From: Octopus sinensis
Lineage: Eukaryota
DNA length: 64,000 nt
Direction of reading: 5' to 3'
Assembly (NCBI RefSeq): GCF_006345805.1
Contig: NC_042997.1
Span: 53,320,001 to 53,384,000 of the forward strand
Below the pieces are notes generated by a model. It was not told the origin of the DNA. It made no database searches and saw only the letters and a program-made list of their open reading frames with translations. Made by a program: the position numbers and the translations under genes. Positions 1 to 11,355 of the stretch are shown here, piece by piece (within the stretch, counting starts at the first letter, position 1; every line of letters begins with the position of its first letter).

Positions 1-2457
1 GATGGTTAGTACTGTATTGTTGGGACTTAATTTAAAATCTGGCCTCCACGAGATTGGAAAGGAGAATGCACTAGTGAGTATTCCCATTGTCTTCGCTAGC
101 CTTGCAGAAATATTTGGTGTCAGTTTTGAAAAGTGAGGAAATACTTGATGCATTGAGGAATGGTATGTCCAAAGCCTGTGTGTCTTTGCGGCGTGTGTGG
201 GTAGATAGGTGTCAGGTGCTGGAGTGTACTAAAGACTCTTTATGCAATTAATTTAGAGCAAAGTGAAATCCATCCTTCTCGAAGCTATACTCAGCGGAGA
301 TCATGAACTGAATACAGTGAGCTAACAAAATTCTCGCTGATCTAACCTTACTGCGGCTGCTTACAATGTTGAACTACATAACCTTACAGCATTAATTTAG
401 GGCGAGCTGAACCTGATATTTAAGTTAAAAGTAGTTTAGTTCAGTTAGGGAAAATATATTTTATACATTAAACACTATTTAGAAATAATTATGCTGAGAG
501 GGAAAACAATATTAGTGAATGGCGCAAATACCGGAGACAACCCCAGTATATTTAAGCTTTATTATGACCTCATCAACGAAAAGTTGACTTCACCACACTA
601 AAAGAAGTGATGGAAAAGTAAGTAAATGTAGAAGATTGTACACTAGTTGGATTAGAAAACTAGAATCGCTTAAATAAGTGGTTTGACCACGGACATAACA
701 GTGAGCTTGTCAAAATATTGTCGGGAGACTTCTCACGTGGAATCTATGTTCTGACAATTCAGCTGTCTACTATTTCTGGAAAAGTCTGAATATTAAATTT
801 AATAAAGACATATAGATATTAAGACTTTTTCCTTGAATACCATTTAAAATTATCACCCAATCCGGCAATAAAAGTTCTTTGCATGCTCACGTACGGATGC
901 ATATATACATACACACTTGTATATGCATACTTATGCAGGTAATTATACACCTACGTATAATGTTAGCTCTTTTTCTTACTTAAAGCCATAAACTTAAATC
1001 TCGTTATTTTTTTCTATTGTTGTGAATCCGTGTTTGTCAACCTACCTGTTGATTACATTTACAAACATATCACAGCTTATGCATTCAGCCAGTCCTTAAA
1101 AGATCAACCAACATACTTACCTTTCACTCGACAAACAGCCAATACAACAATTTCCAGCACATGCTGATGAAACATATATGCGCTGGGTCAACTAACTCTC
1201 TATTGCTTGGTGGTCACATTTGGTACATGCAAATGACGAAACATGTCACCTCCATTCCAGGAATAAGTCTGACTATACATCACTCTTTCTTTAAGTATTG
1301 CTGCACTGTTGTTCTACCACTTGCTTTTGATTCAACTAACTCTTATCTTCACCAAAATCTTCACCTAATTTTCTTTCTTTTTCTTTTCTTTTCTTTTCTT
1401 TCTTTCTTTATTTTTTGAATGGCTGCGCTAAGAAAAATTCCAAGCAGACTTGTAAGATTAATTTTTGTATGGCTCAATGTATGCGTTGGAACGAAAGATA
1501 TGGGAGTGAAGAAGAAACGATTAATATAGATAAACGTTAAATGTGATAGTAAACGCCTGTCAAAGTTAAAGAGATCGAGTGACTCATTCATGATCTTTCC
1601 TTTTTGCATTGGAATGATTCAATATGGTTTATATGATGAATCAACCACCATTACCACGACCACGACCATGACCTGGAGAGCATATTATAGATTTTTATTG
1701 AAATCCAATTAGCCTATTATTGAACTGGATGTTGGTGTAACATAGATGCAAAGATGGTAACAAACATACAGACAGGACGACAGACAGATAGAAATTGCCA
1801 TTTATATATATATAGAAAGAGATAGATACAGTGTGTTTATTACGGTACGCAAAAATTAAAAATTAATACTGTAAATTGTTAATTCTATCTATGTGTAGGA
1901 AATAACACTTGATGTGGTGGCAGAGGTCGTGTTGACATTTTTCATTATGACTCTGTAGAGATGTGATATTCCACTGATCCCTGCTTCCTACTTGTAGAAG
2001 TTTGAGATATGGTGGAATGTGAAAAAAAAAATATCTGTCAATACTTTTGAAAACTATCTCAATGTTATTGTATCCAATGCCTCGCTTTTCCATATAGCCC
2101 ATACCTCGTATTTCGTAAAGAAAATTGTATATACATACACGGCATATTAATTTGTTTAAATAATTTGCTTTATTCTAATCATATCAGGAAATCAGCCTTC
2201 ATACATTTGAAATATCCAAACAGAGTATTCGATATTGTATTTTGCACTGTTAATCAATTTTGCAGAAAATATCTTATACTTTAAGATTGCGTACTGAGAG
2301 ATCCACAATTTTGCTCATTTGAAACATTCAGTATCATTAAAAGTAACGGATTATAAAAAGACAATCCAATAAGTTCGAATGATTTGATTTCTATTAAAAT
2401 CTTTTGGCAACGTAGTTTAAAAAATTTCACATGTGTCCTACATTCGTATTTTGACAG

Positions 2458-2693
2458 ATCTCTGTAGAAAGGTCTCACTGCCGTGTCCTGCAGGTGAAAG
2501 ATTCAGAGATGCAGTCACATGTCGGGAATACTATGAATGTGGATATGACGGTCAGTTTTTAATCAAGCGACTTTGTCCCGGAAGAAAAGAGTTTGACTCT
2601 AAACGTGGTTTCTGTGTTGTCAGTTCATCATTTAAATGTGAAACTCCAGTAAGATGTCCAAATCTATCTTGGTCAAATAATCTAATCCAAGCG
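2458..2693 (+). CDS. Internal exon of a single-pass membrane protein: peritrophin-A (CBM14/ChtBD2) chitin-binding domain
   Basis: ttgacag|AT...GCG|gtaagg splice sites; translation has six Cys spaced C-X11-C-X5-C-X11-C-X12-C-X7-C with aromatic YY and F positions typical of peritrophin-A; phase 1->0. Upstream exons not identified. Confidence 0.85.
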
Positions 2694-3313
2694 GTAAGGT
2701 ATATATTTAAATATAAATTTACAATATTAAACTGATTTTCATTGCTTAGTGGAAGACTATTTGAATGCTATACGGAAATATGAAGAAATTTGATAGAATA
2801 TAATATTTCACATGATTTTCCTTGGCTGCTAGTTGAAAATATTTAAACAAAATATTAATTTCGTCTAACTCGGCACCAGACCGAATTTTAGCTATGTATT
2901 ACTTATAGCGTGTGAAAGCGCATGGCTCGGTGGTTAGGGCGTCGGACTCACAATCATGAGATAGTGAGTTCGATTTACTGGCGTTCGGTTATCGCCAGAC
3001 AAGTATTTCAGCCTGGTTTGGTCTTCTCAGTAACAAATACACCAGACGATTTGAGCTAAATCGAAAATGCATGTTCAAATATAGAAGTCGAAAGAAAAAA
3101 ATACTTTCTCATTTGTGCGAAAGTTAACCAGGCTCGAATTAAAATAATATATGCATTTGATACAGCTTTAGATTAAAATTCCAGTGTGGATTGTCAAAGA
3201 AAGAAATATGAAATTTAGACTTAAGATGTTGTTTTTGATTTTTTTAAACCGTATCTCTAGATCAGGAAATCTTAAATCCATTTATATACTTTTGATATCG
3301 TTATAATTTCTAG

Positions 3314-3429
3314 GAGAATTCCTTCCCGACTGACTACGTAGTGGGTGGTGTACTTGGATCTCTTGCACTTGTTACCCTGTCAATTCTGATAGTTGCATGT
3401 ATAAAAAAATGGCAAATAAGAAAAAAAAG
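3314..3429 (+). CDS. Transmembrane exon of the chitin-binding membrane protein
   Basis: ttctag|GAG...AG|gtaaga; ENSFPTDYVVGGVLGSLALVTLSILIVACIKKWQIRKK = hydrophobic helix plus basic stop-transfer; phase 0->2 matches neighbours. Confidence 0.85.
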
Positions 3430-3706
3430 GTAAGAGTGGAATTTTAAAAATGTCTTGTTTCTAAAACTTTTTTCTGTGTATTTCACCCTTTTAACACTCA
3501 CTCCCTCGATTTTCGTCCACATGTAACAGAAAAGGAGTGTAGTATGTAGCAATTTATTACAAAACATTAACAGCATTGTATTAATTTGTCATTATGATAA
3601 AGAAACTTTCAACCTAAAAAAATAATATGATACACGGGTATCAATCTAAAACAACAACAAAAAAAAAACGGTATATGCAATTGAAAGAGCATTAAATTAA
3701 ACTTGT

Positions 3707-3834
3707 CAACCACATGGTTCCGGGTTCAGTCCCACTGCGTGGCATCTTGGGCAAGTGTCTTCTGCTATAGCCCCGGGCCGACCAATGCCTTGTGAGTGGA
3801 TTTGGTAGACGGGAACTGAAAGAAGCTTGTCGTA

Positions 3835-3878
<44 letters not shown>

Positions 3879-4094
3879 TATGCGTGTGTGTTTGCCCCCC
3901 TAGCATCGCTTGACAACCGATGCTGGTGTGTTTACGTCCCCGTCACTTAGCGGTTCGGCAAAAGAGACCGATAGAATAAGTACTGGGCTTACAAAGAATA
4001 AGTCCCGGGGTCGATTTGTTCGACTAAAGGCGGTGCTCCAGCATGGCCGCAGTCAAATGACTGAAACAAGTAAAAGAGTAAAAGAGTAAAGAGT
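3707..4094 (+). mobile_element. tRNA-derived SINE family A, 5'-truncated (CORE-like segment, internal microsatellite, (AAAGAGT)n tail)
   Basis: B-box GGTTCAGTCCC, 'cttgggcaagtgtctt' segment; near-identical copies at 15504, 24684, 43578, 47312. Confidence 0.85.
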
Positions 4095-4583
4095 GAGTGT
4101 CATGCTCAATGCATACAAATCGTTAGATGGCATGAGACTGGAGAGTGTTTTATTCACTGCTTCTCGTATAACGAAGCACGAATTCGGTTTAAGCAGGTAA
4201 CAGTTAAGTGCAGGACATTGGCTAGCCTCAGCAAAGGCGAAACGCATCTGTTTTTCTCGAAAATCACTGTAGCGATGTCCTTCGTCTCGTTGCGATGTAT
4301 ATTGTTTTTTAATAGAAGTCTGTGGAGATTTTATCTCAGACAACTCTACAGCATTATACCGTGTAACGGCGTGTGTACATTTTGTATGATGCACAGAAGG
4401 TGATGCTAATTTAATGCATGTATATATATAAGAATGTGTGTGTGTGTACATACATTCACTCACCCCCCATCCCCCCCACACACACAATGTGCGTTTGTGT
4501 TCGTGTCTCTTCATGCAAAAGGAAAAAGAAAACTGATGAAAAGATCATGCATGTGCACAGAAGAATATATCATGTGATCTTGA

Positions 4584-4815
4584 AGGCGGTGATCTGGCAG
4601 AAACGTTAGCACGCCGGGCGAAATGCGTAGCCGAATTTCGTCCACCGTTACGTTCTGAGTTCAAATTCCGCCGAGGTCGACTTTGCCTTTCATCATTTCG
4701 GGGTCGATAAATAAAGTACCAGTTACGCACTGGGGTCGACGTAATCGACTTAATCCCTTTGTCTGTCCTTGTTTGTCCCCTCTATGTTTATCCCTTTGTG
4801 GGCAGTAAAGAAATA
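4584..4815 (+). mobile_element. tRNA-derived SINE family B (Meta/MESC-like central domain)
   Basis: GAGTTCAAATTCC B-box and 'gcctttcatc...ggggtcgataaa...gtaccag' domain; further copies ~6600-6767(-), 17010-17205, 28330-28640, 42626-43050, 50145-50343(-), 62420-62530. Confidence 0.8.
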
Positions 4816-5513
4816 TATATCATGTGATCTGCATACGACAATTAATTAGATGAATGTGTGACGCATTTTCTAACTGGTTTTGATAAACAATGAGATCGTA
4901 TTTCGATAGCTGTATGAATAGTTTTGCTCATAGATATTGTCCTTCTTTATTTAAATTGCTTCATAATGGGCAACGAGAAACTGGGACTAATAATTCCAGA
5001 AGATCCAGCAGAAAAATATGTGGAAGTCAATCAAGTGATAGAGCGGAAGTGGTTAAGAAAAAGGCATTTCAAGTTACTAATCCTTGAAAATTCGTTCTTT
5101 ATGCGTTTGGTAAGAGTGAGTGTATACATGAATGAACGTTAGGATATGTATGTGTGCACTTCGTGTTGGTATCAATATACAGTGTTACAGATAGATAGTG
5201 TGATGGCGGGTGCAACAACCGGTGTGTCACTTCACTTGTCGACCGCACAAGTGGGCGGTAATTTGGAAGTTATTGTTCCATGGTAGCCCATTACCTGTTG
5301 GCACAGATCTTCGATCGATAGCAGAAATTGATTGATACGGATAAAACGCAAAGTTAACCTCAATGTGATTTGAATTCGTTATATAATGAACTAGAAAAAA
5401 AAAAAGACATCGCAAGATGCTTTAACGGTTCTGCCAACACACCACTCCTAAAAAAAAAAATTTAATAATAGAAATTTATACAAAATATTTAACTCGTTAA
5501 TAATTTATTTCAG

Positions 5514-5634
5514 TCGTCGACGAATTCAACTGCGGAAAAATCTTCGTAGCAGGCGTATGGTACCAGTTTTTGATAGTTCCGATTATTTCCACGACAAGAT
5601 GGCTCAAATGTACGAAAGAATCAGTAGTAGCCAC
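5514..5634 (+). CDS. Juxtamembrane cytoplasmic exon of the chitin-binding membrane protein
   Basis: tttcag|T...CAC|gtaagt; open in phase 2->0: (S)RRRIQLRKNLRSRRMVPVFDSSDYFHDKMAQMYERISSSH; bridges the phases of the flanking exons. Confidence 0.8.
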
Positions 5635-6767
5635 GTAAGTTTCGAGTGACCAATTGATTTATTTTAACAAAGTTTTATAGTCATTACAATATGTAAAGCA
5701 GGGATCATAATGATAACCAACGTCATAAAGTAGATAACACCAGATGATAACATCATTACACATAAAAAGGCCTCAAAATTACCACAAAAGCTTGACTTTG
5801 CAATCTCTAGTGATCTCTTATGGCGAATTTTCTGTATAACTACGTCCCACGTTTCATTTTCAGAGCCTGAGAATACCAGCAGTTTACAAAGATCCATGGC
5901 GTGGCTGTTGCTACATATATACAAGCGTGGATGTATATAAATGAAGGCACTTGAGGTTCTTAGCAAAGATTTGCTCACCAACGTGTCTCACTGATACGCT
6001 GTTTCATTTCTTTCTCTTCTTGAATGATTTCTGTGCTTTTGAACAATCCAGATACATACCTCTTTCTCCGACAGGCTCGTTTGTCATACCCATCCCTCTT
6101 CTAAGTCTTCATCATATGCCTAGCTCCCAGATTTCTCACTAAAACCTTATATGTATATATGTAACACAAATTATCCTCATGCGCACGTAAAATAGCGAGA
6201 ATCAAAAATATGATGTACATTTTCATCCCTAATACTGCCCAACAGATTTGAACGTGAATTTATTAAACGCTTTTGTATTTCAACTCCAGAGAACACTTTT
6301 GAAAGAAGTTTTTTGAAGGCGAAATACGAGAGCATTTACGTAATATATTCCCTTTGAAATCTGCTGGAACATTTTGAGAATGTATATTAACATAACATGC
6401 GAATATATATACATATATATTGGATTGGATTGGATTACTTATGTTCAGTCCATTGTAGGCTTGAGGCCTCGGTGTGTTCTCTCCACCCAACGACGGCCGT
6501 AAATTTGAGCTTAAGATCATATTGATGGGCCTACTCCTGTCACACTGGTTTGACATGGCTTGACAGCGGAATGCAGTTTTTATACTCATATCCAGGAGTA
6601 GTTAAGTCGATTACATCGATCCTAGTGTTCAACTGATTCTTATTTTAGCGACCCCGAAAGGAGGAAAGGCAAAGACAGCCTCCGCAGAATTTGAACTCAG
6701 ACTATAAGGACGGACGAAATACTGCTTAGCATTTCGCCCGGCATGCTAACGATTCTGGCAGCTTGCC

Positions 6768-6768
<1 letters not shown>

Positions 6769-6805
<37 letters not shown>

Positions 6806-6946
6806 AGTGTGTATACACATACATACATACATGCATACATACGTAAATACATATATATACATGCATACATACATACATGCATACATACATACATACATAC
6901 ATACATACATACATACATACATACATACATACATACATACACACAT
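6769..6946. repeat. Compound (TA)/(TG)/(CATA)n microsatellite
   Basis: Directly visible; source of the spurious MYVC ORFs. Confidence 0.95.
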
Positions 6947-7009
6947 ATCCTATACTTCTTTGTTTCTTGTTAATAATATTTAAATATGGGTGATCTTTTC
7001 TTTCTGCAG

Positions 7010-7360
7010 AATATTTCACGTCCATATTATCCACCAATGTTCAGACCGATGGCGATGCGACCGCAATACGTCCAACCGTATAGATACCCACATCCTTTTG
7101 GAAATTTCGATAGTTTCGGTTCCAGCGATCCTGCTCTGTACATACCAAATGTTCATAGCGAACAGAGTGATGAACCGTCAATTATTACTGGGAGTTTTAT
7201 CTACCATAGCCCGAACAATCTACCACCGCATTTTATCTCTAACCCTAATTACAATGATCCGGATTTAACTTACGACAGTTTCAAGAACGATCACTTTTTC
7301 GCAAGCAGCTCTCTTGGAGTCATGAATAATACACTGACAACTCGCCAGCTGCATCTCTGA
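7010..7360 (+). CDS. Terminal exon: Tyr/Pro-rich cytoplasmic tail
   Basis: ttctgcag|AAT phase 0, NISRPYYPP...NPNY...RQLHL*; AATAAA signals downstream (~7752, ~7889). Confidence 0.8.
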   Translation, partial: NISRPYYPPMFRPMAMRPQYVQPYRYPHPFGNFDSFGSSDPALYIPNVHSEQSDEPSIITGSFIYHSPNNLPPHFISNPNYNDPDLTYDSFKNDHFFASSSLGVMNNTLTTRQLHL

Positions 7361-8263
7361 TTTCTTTTGTTGTTGTTGTTGATGTTTTTTTTTATTAATG
7401 AAAATATTATTTTTGTATAAAATGCATTCTTTATGTTCACACACAATACATCTGCACTCAGAACATTGCAATCTGCACTTTGTTCCAATTCTTTAAACAT
7501 ATTCGGTCTGCATGCGATGTAAATTACTAAACAGAACACAGAACACTGAGCTACTGTTTTCTCTTTAGAAATTAAGCGATGTAAGAAAAGAAGCCTCACT
7601 GTCCAGACAATAAGCCTATATTTTTCATTAACAGCATATTAGCTTTGGAGAATTTTTGATTCTTGAGATTATCTCCCTTGCGCAAATGGAAGTTTGTCTT
7701 AATTGCCATTTTGGTAATTATGATACATCCTACAGAGATAGAGATAATTTGAATAAATCAAGGATTTATATTGTATGGTATTTATATACCAATATTTATC
7801 TATGTTGTTCGAGTACATGCACTGGCCGCTCGAGTTATTTCTCTGAGCTCATTTTTGTTTAAATTATGCAAATATATTTTCACATTGAATAAATCTAATG
7901 CGTTTATATGTACAATCCTGCACTCTGTCTTTCTTTAATTCAATGTAACGTTGGTTACTATAGGGTAGATTTTTAAATACATTGCCTAAGCAATCTGCCA
8001 AAATCGAAAGCTCAAAATATGTTAATATATTTCAAAGAAAAGCTTTGAAAATTTAAATTTGCTGATATACACTTACTCTAAAGTTAAATTATTCAATCGC
8101 CAATGAAATATATATATTACACAACTACAAGAAAGCCAATCCAACATTCAATACGATTGTTAGAAGTTATAGCGTATTACTAGTTATTAAGCTTGCGCTA
8201 GCTCAAAACTACCCAATAATAACAACTACGGTGCATATGTATGACCCCCTCGATTTCAGTTTA

Positions 8264-8738
8264 GTATGTATGTATGTATGTATGTATGTATGTATGTATG
8301 TATGTATGTATGTATGTATGTCATTATTCAGTTTAATTTCAAGATTTCTTGCCAATAGAGAAAGAGCCGGTTTCTAACCTAGATCCAAGGCTATTTCATT
8401 GGAATTTCAACATCAACAGGTTATGTATGTATGTATGTATGTATGTATGTATGTATGCATGTATGCATGCATTTATTTATGTATGAGTGCATATTTGTAT
8501 GTTTTGTTTTAGGTGTATATTCTCATGCGTATAGTTCCATACTTTTATGTTCCACAGTTTTTTTATGTTTTTATGCTTTTTATGTTCTATACTTTTATAG
8601 TTCCATAGTTTTATATATGTATTCTCAAGCGTATAGTTCAATACTCGAACACAAGTTTGCAACTATCATGTATGTATGTATGTATGTATGTATGTATGTA
8701 TGTATGTATGTATGTATGTATGTATGTATGTATGTATG
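8264..8738. repeat. (TATG)n microsatellite blocks with short intervening inserts
   Basis: Three TATG arrays (~8264-8320, 8422-8470, 8668-8738) separated by non-microsatellite segments. Confidence 0.9.
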
Positions 8739-8912
8739 CAGAGGATCTGGGGTATTTATAGTGGAGACTTGGTGGAAGGACTGCATAGAGGCAAAATGGT
8801 AAATATTGGAAAGCCGAAGGTGATGACAAGTGGTAAAGTATATGGTAAGGCGAAAAGAACAGAGTTGTCACGTGTCACGTGCAGCGAAGGTGTTGGAGTG
8901 AACTCTATTAAA

Positions 8913-9303
8913 TCTCTCTATATATAAAGCTGAAGTTGTCTGTATATGGCAGGTTTGGTAACCTTCAACTAACACTATCCCCTCCGAGACCCTGCGGTGC
9001 AAGTTGACCAAAATTGAGAGTATGATAGAAGAAGGCTTGCTCTTCCTTCCGTAAAAGAAAAAATTGAAATCGGACCATGTTAACACCAAAAATTGTTTAC
9101 ATCAAAGAGGTGCTTTTTTCTATGAAAATCCCTATTTTTTACGATTTTTTGACTTCTGTGTCGCCATTTTTCGGTGTATTTCAACCAGAAAAATGTTCAC
9201 TTAAAGAGAATAACAAGCTACATAATGCAAAATTTTTACTTTTCAAAAATTACAATTCTAAAGGGTCGAAACAAACCCGAGCAACGCCGGGCGATACTGC
9301 TAG
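8913..9303 (+). mobile_element. Non-autonomous Helitron-like element
   Basis: A|TC 5' end, 3' CCCGAGCAACGCCGGG hairpin followed by CTAG|T, no TSD; same 3' end at 12856 and 61532. Confidence 0.8.
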
Positions 9304-9708
9304 TATACAATATATGTTGGTAGGTTTGTCAAAATTGTAGTATTGTGAAAGGGTTACATATTAATGTAGCAGCTATAAAGCTATCTGCGTCTCCTTTCGT
9401 ACACACTTCATACTGATGTATAAACTGTGTACGAAAGGAGACGTAGATGGCGGGAATGTTGAGCCGGATCTTGGAAATGAAGATGGAAGGTGAAAAACCG
9501 CTGTAGCATTTCCGTTAGGATGTCACTGTACTTTTCAGCTATATTGGCACCGTTGTCCTTCGCTTACATCTGACAGTCACTCAAAGGAATTGTATACTCT
9601 TCCACGGTGTTCATGATTAACTGAACAATTTTTTCCTGTTTTACGACAGCCTTTGAACTTTCGAAGTTTTTCTTGTACCTCATATCTTCCGTCCTTTAAA
9701 TTAACATA

Positions 9709-11355
9709 CACTGGCCAAAATAATCTTAAGACCGATAATGACAGTTCTATTCCTTCATTAATATATTTTAAACAAAACTATATGAAATTATTTTACTTTT
9801 TACAGTTATGTAGAATTTTTTTCTTTCGAATGATATAGGCGTTCTATATCATTCTACAATTTGAATAAATTTAATGCGCAATTAATTCAAATGATTAGAA
9901 ATTGTCGGTAAAATAAGTTTAAGACCATACCAAGATTATACAAATTAATAAACCAAATGGGTGGTCATGTGGCTAGTCGTACTGCACTCTTTTTTTTTTC
10001 TTAATAATCGAGCATTGTTACACATTAATTTACTATGGGAAAGCATCGTAGTCTCAGCCCAGTTACTAAAGCAACGATCGCATTGCATCATCAGTATAAT
10101 CTGTCCTTCAGGAACATTAGCAAGCAATTAGGATGCAGCAAAGCGGTTTGTGTTCAAGGATGGAAGCTTTACCAAGCTACTGGCCAATACATAGATCGGC
10201 AAAAAACGGGCGCTCCGAGAAAAACAATAGTACAGGTGGATCGGCGAATTCATAAGCTCTCTGAAGATAACCAAATCCTAACAGCAGTGGACATTTGCAA
10301 GCAATTAGCTGATGAAACTGACATCAGCTTTACACCACAAACTGTCAGAAACCGGCTAAAAGAATTTGGACTGTTCAACCGGATCGCTGGAAAGAAGCCA
10401 ATAATTTCTGAGACGAACCGGCAGAAGTGGATCAAGCTTGCTAAACGCCATACTGAATGGGCGGCCGAAGACTGGTCAGAAGTTCTTTGGAGTGACGAAT
10501 CCCGCTTCTGCATCTTTGGATCAGACGGAAAGACTTATGTTAGACCCCGTCCAACTGAAGACTTCCATCCTAAGTGTGTCAAGAGGACGGCGCAAGCGGG
10601 AAGTATGTGTGTGTGTGTGGGGGGGTAATTGGGTGGGCCGCATTAAGTAGCTTAGGTGTTGGTCCAATTGTTAAGGTTGATGGCAGACTGAACAGTGTAG
10701 GCTATCTGCAATTGGCAAATGAAAACGTGCTGACATATTTAAATAATCAGATGCCACCGGGATCTATTTTCCAGTAGCACAATTGCTCCGTTCATAAAAC
10801 TAGGTAAGTTTTGCAATATTTTGAGCGCAATAATATGGTGGTTATTGAGGGGCCTCTGCAAAGCCCGGATTTGAATCCGATAGAAAATTTATGAAATTAT
10901 GTTTCTAAAAGAGTTCATGCTAAAAAACCTACAAATTTGTCCAATTATATAATTGTATTGAAGAATATGGCAGAACATTCCAAGTGATTTTTGTGCTCAT
11001 TTGTCGAACTCCATGTCCGGCCGCTGTGAGGCCGTAATTGAAAATAATGGCTATGGAAATGGATACTAATAATAAATTTTTGTTCGTTGAACATTTGTGC
11101 CGTAAATTTTTAATTTAAACAAAATAATGTTGGTACATTCTTAAACTTTTTTTACCAACGATTTTTAATCATTTGAATTAATTGCGCATTAAAATTATTC
11201 AAATTGTAGAAAGATATATAACGCCTATATCATCCGAAAGAGAAATATCCTACATAAACTGTTAAAAGTAAAATTATTTTATATAGTTTTATTAAAAATA
11301 TATTAATGAAGGAATAGAATTGTCATCATCGGTCTTAAACTTATTTTGGCCAGCG
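9709..11355 (+). mobile_element. Full-length Tc1-like DNA transposon (IR/DR type), defective
   Basis: TA TSDs (9707-8, 11356-7); ~230-bp TIRs (9709-9939 / 11124-11355) each with an internal direct repeat (aaaataa(t/g)(c/t)ttaagacc). Confidence 0.95.
10035..11069 (+). pseudogene. Tc1 DD34E-type transposase pseudogene
   Basis: Paired-like HTH, GAPRKT, WSDESRF, degraded FQ*HN, SPDLNPIENL motifs; frameshift at a (TG)n/G-run near 10605-10625 and several stops. Confidence 0.92.

Noticed and set aside
1-240. Open minus-strand frame at the window start (..NISARLAKTMGIL..)
   Set aside because: Possibly a LINE remnant, but too short and truncated to assign.
483-617. Possible first exon (ATGGAAAA|gtaagt) of the chitin-binding gene
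   Set aside because: Ends in phase 2 while exon 2458 needs phase 1; no linking exon could be supported.
1419-1529. Signal-peptide-like ORF MAALRKIPSRLVRLIFVWLNVCVG
   Set aside because: No phase-1 donor found; the frame runs into a stop.
2913-2980. tRNA-like sequence (also the heads of SINE families A and B)
   Set aside because: A and B boxes are present but there is no complete cloverleaf; these are SINE heads, not tRNA genes.
6697-7037. MYVC/YIYI/THTH ORFs (also 8431-8927, 14117-14483, 62005-62277)
   Set aside because: Translations of microsatellites.
6990-7268. Alternative frame for the terminal exon
   Set aside because: The intervening 5514-5634 exon sets phase 0, selecting the NISRPYY frame.
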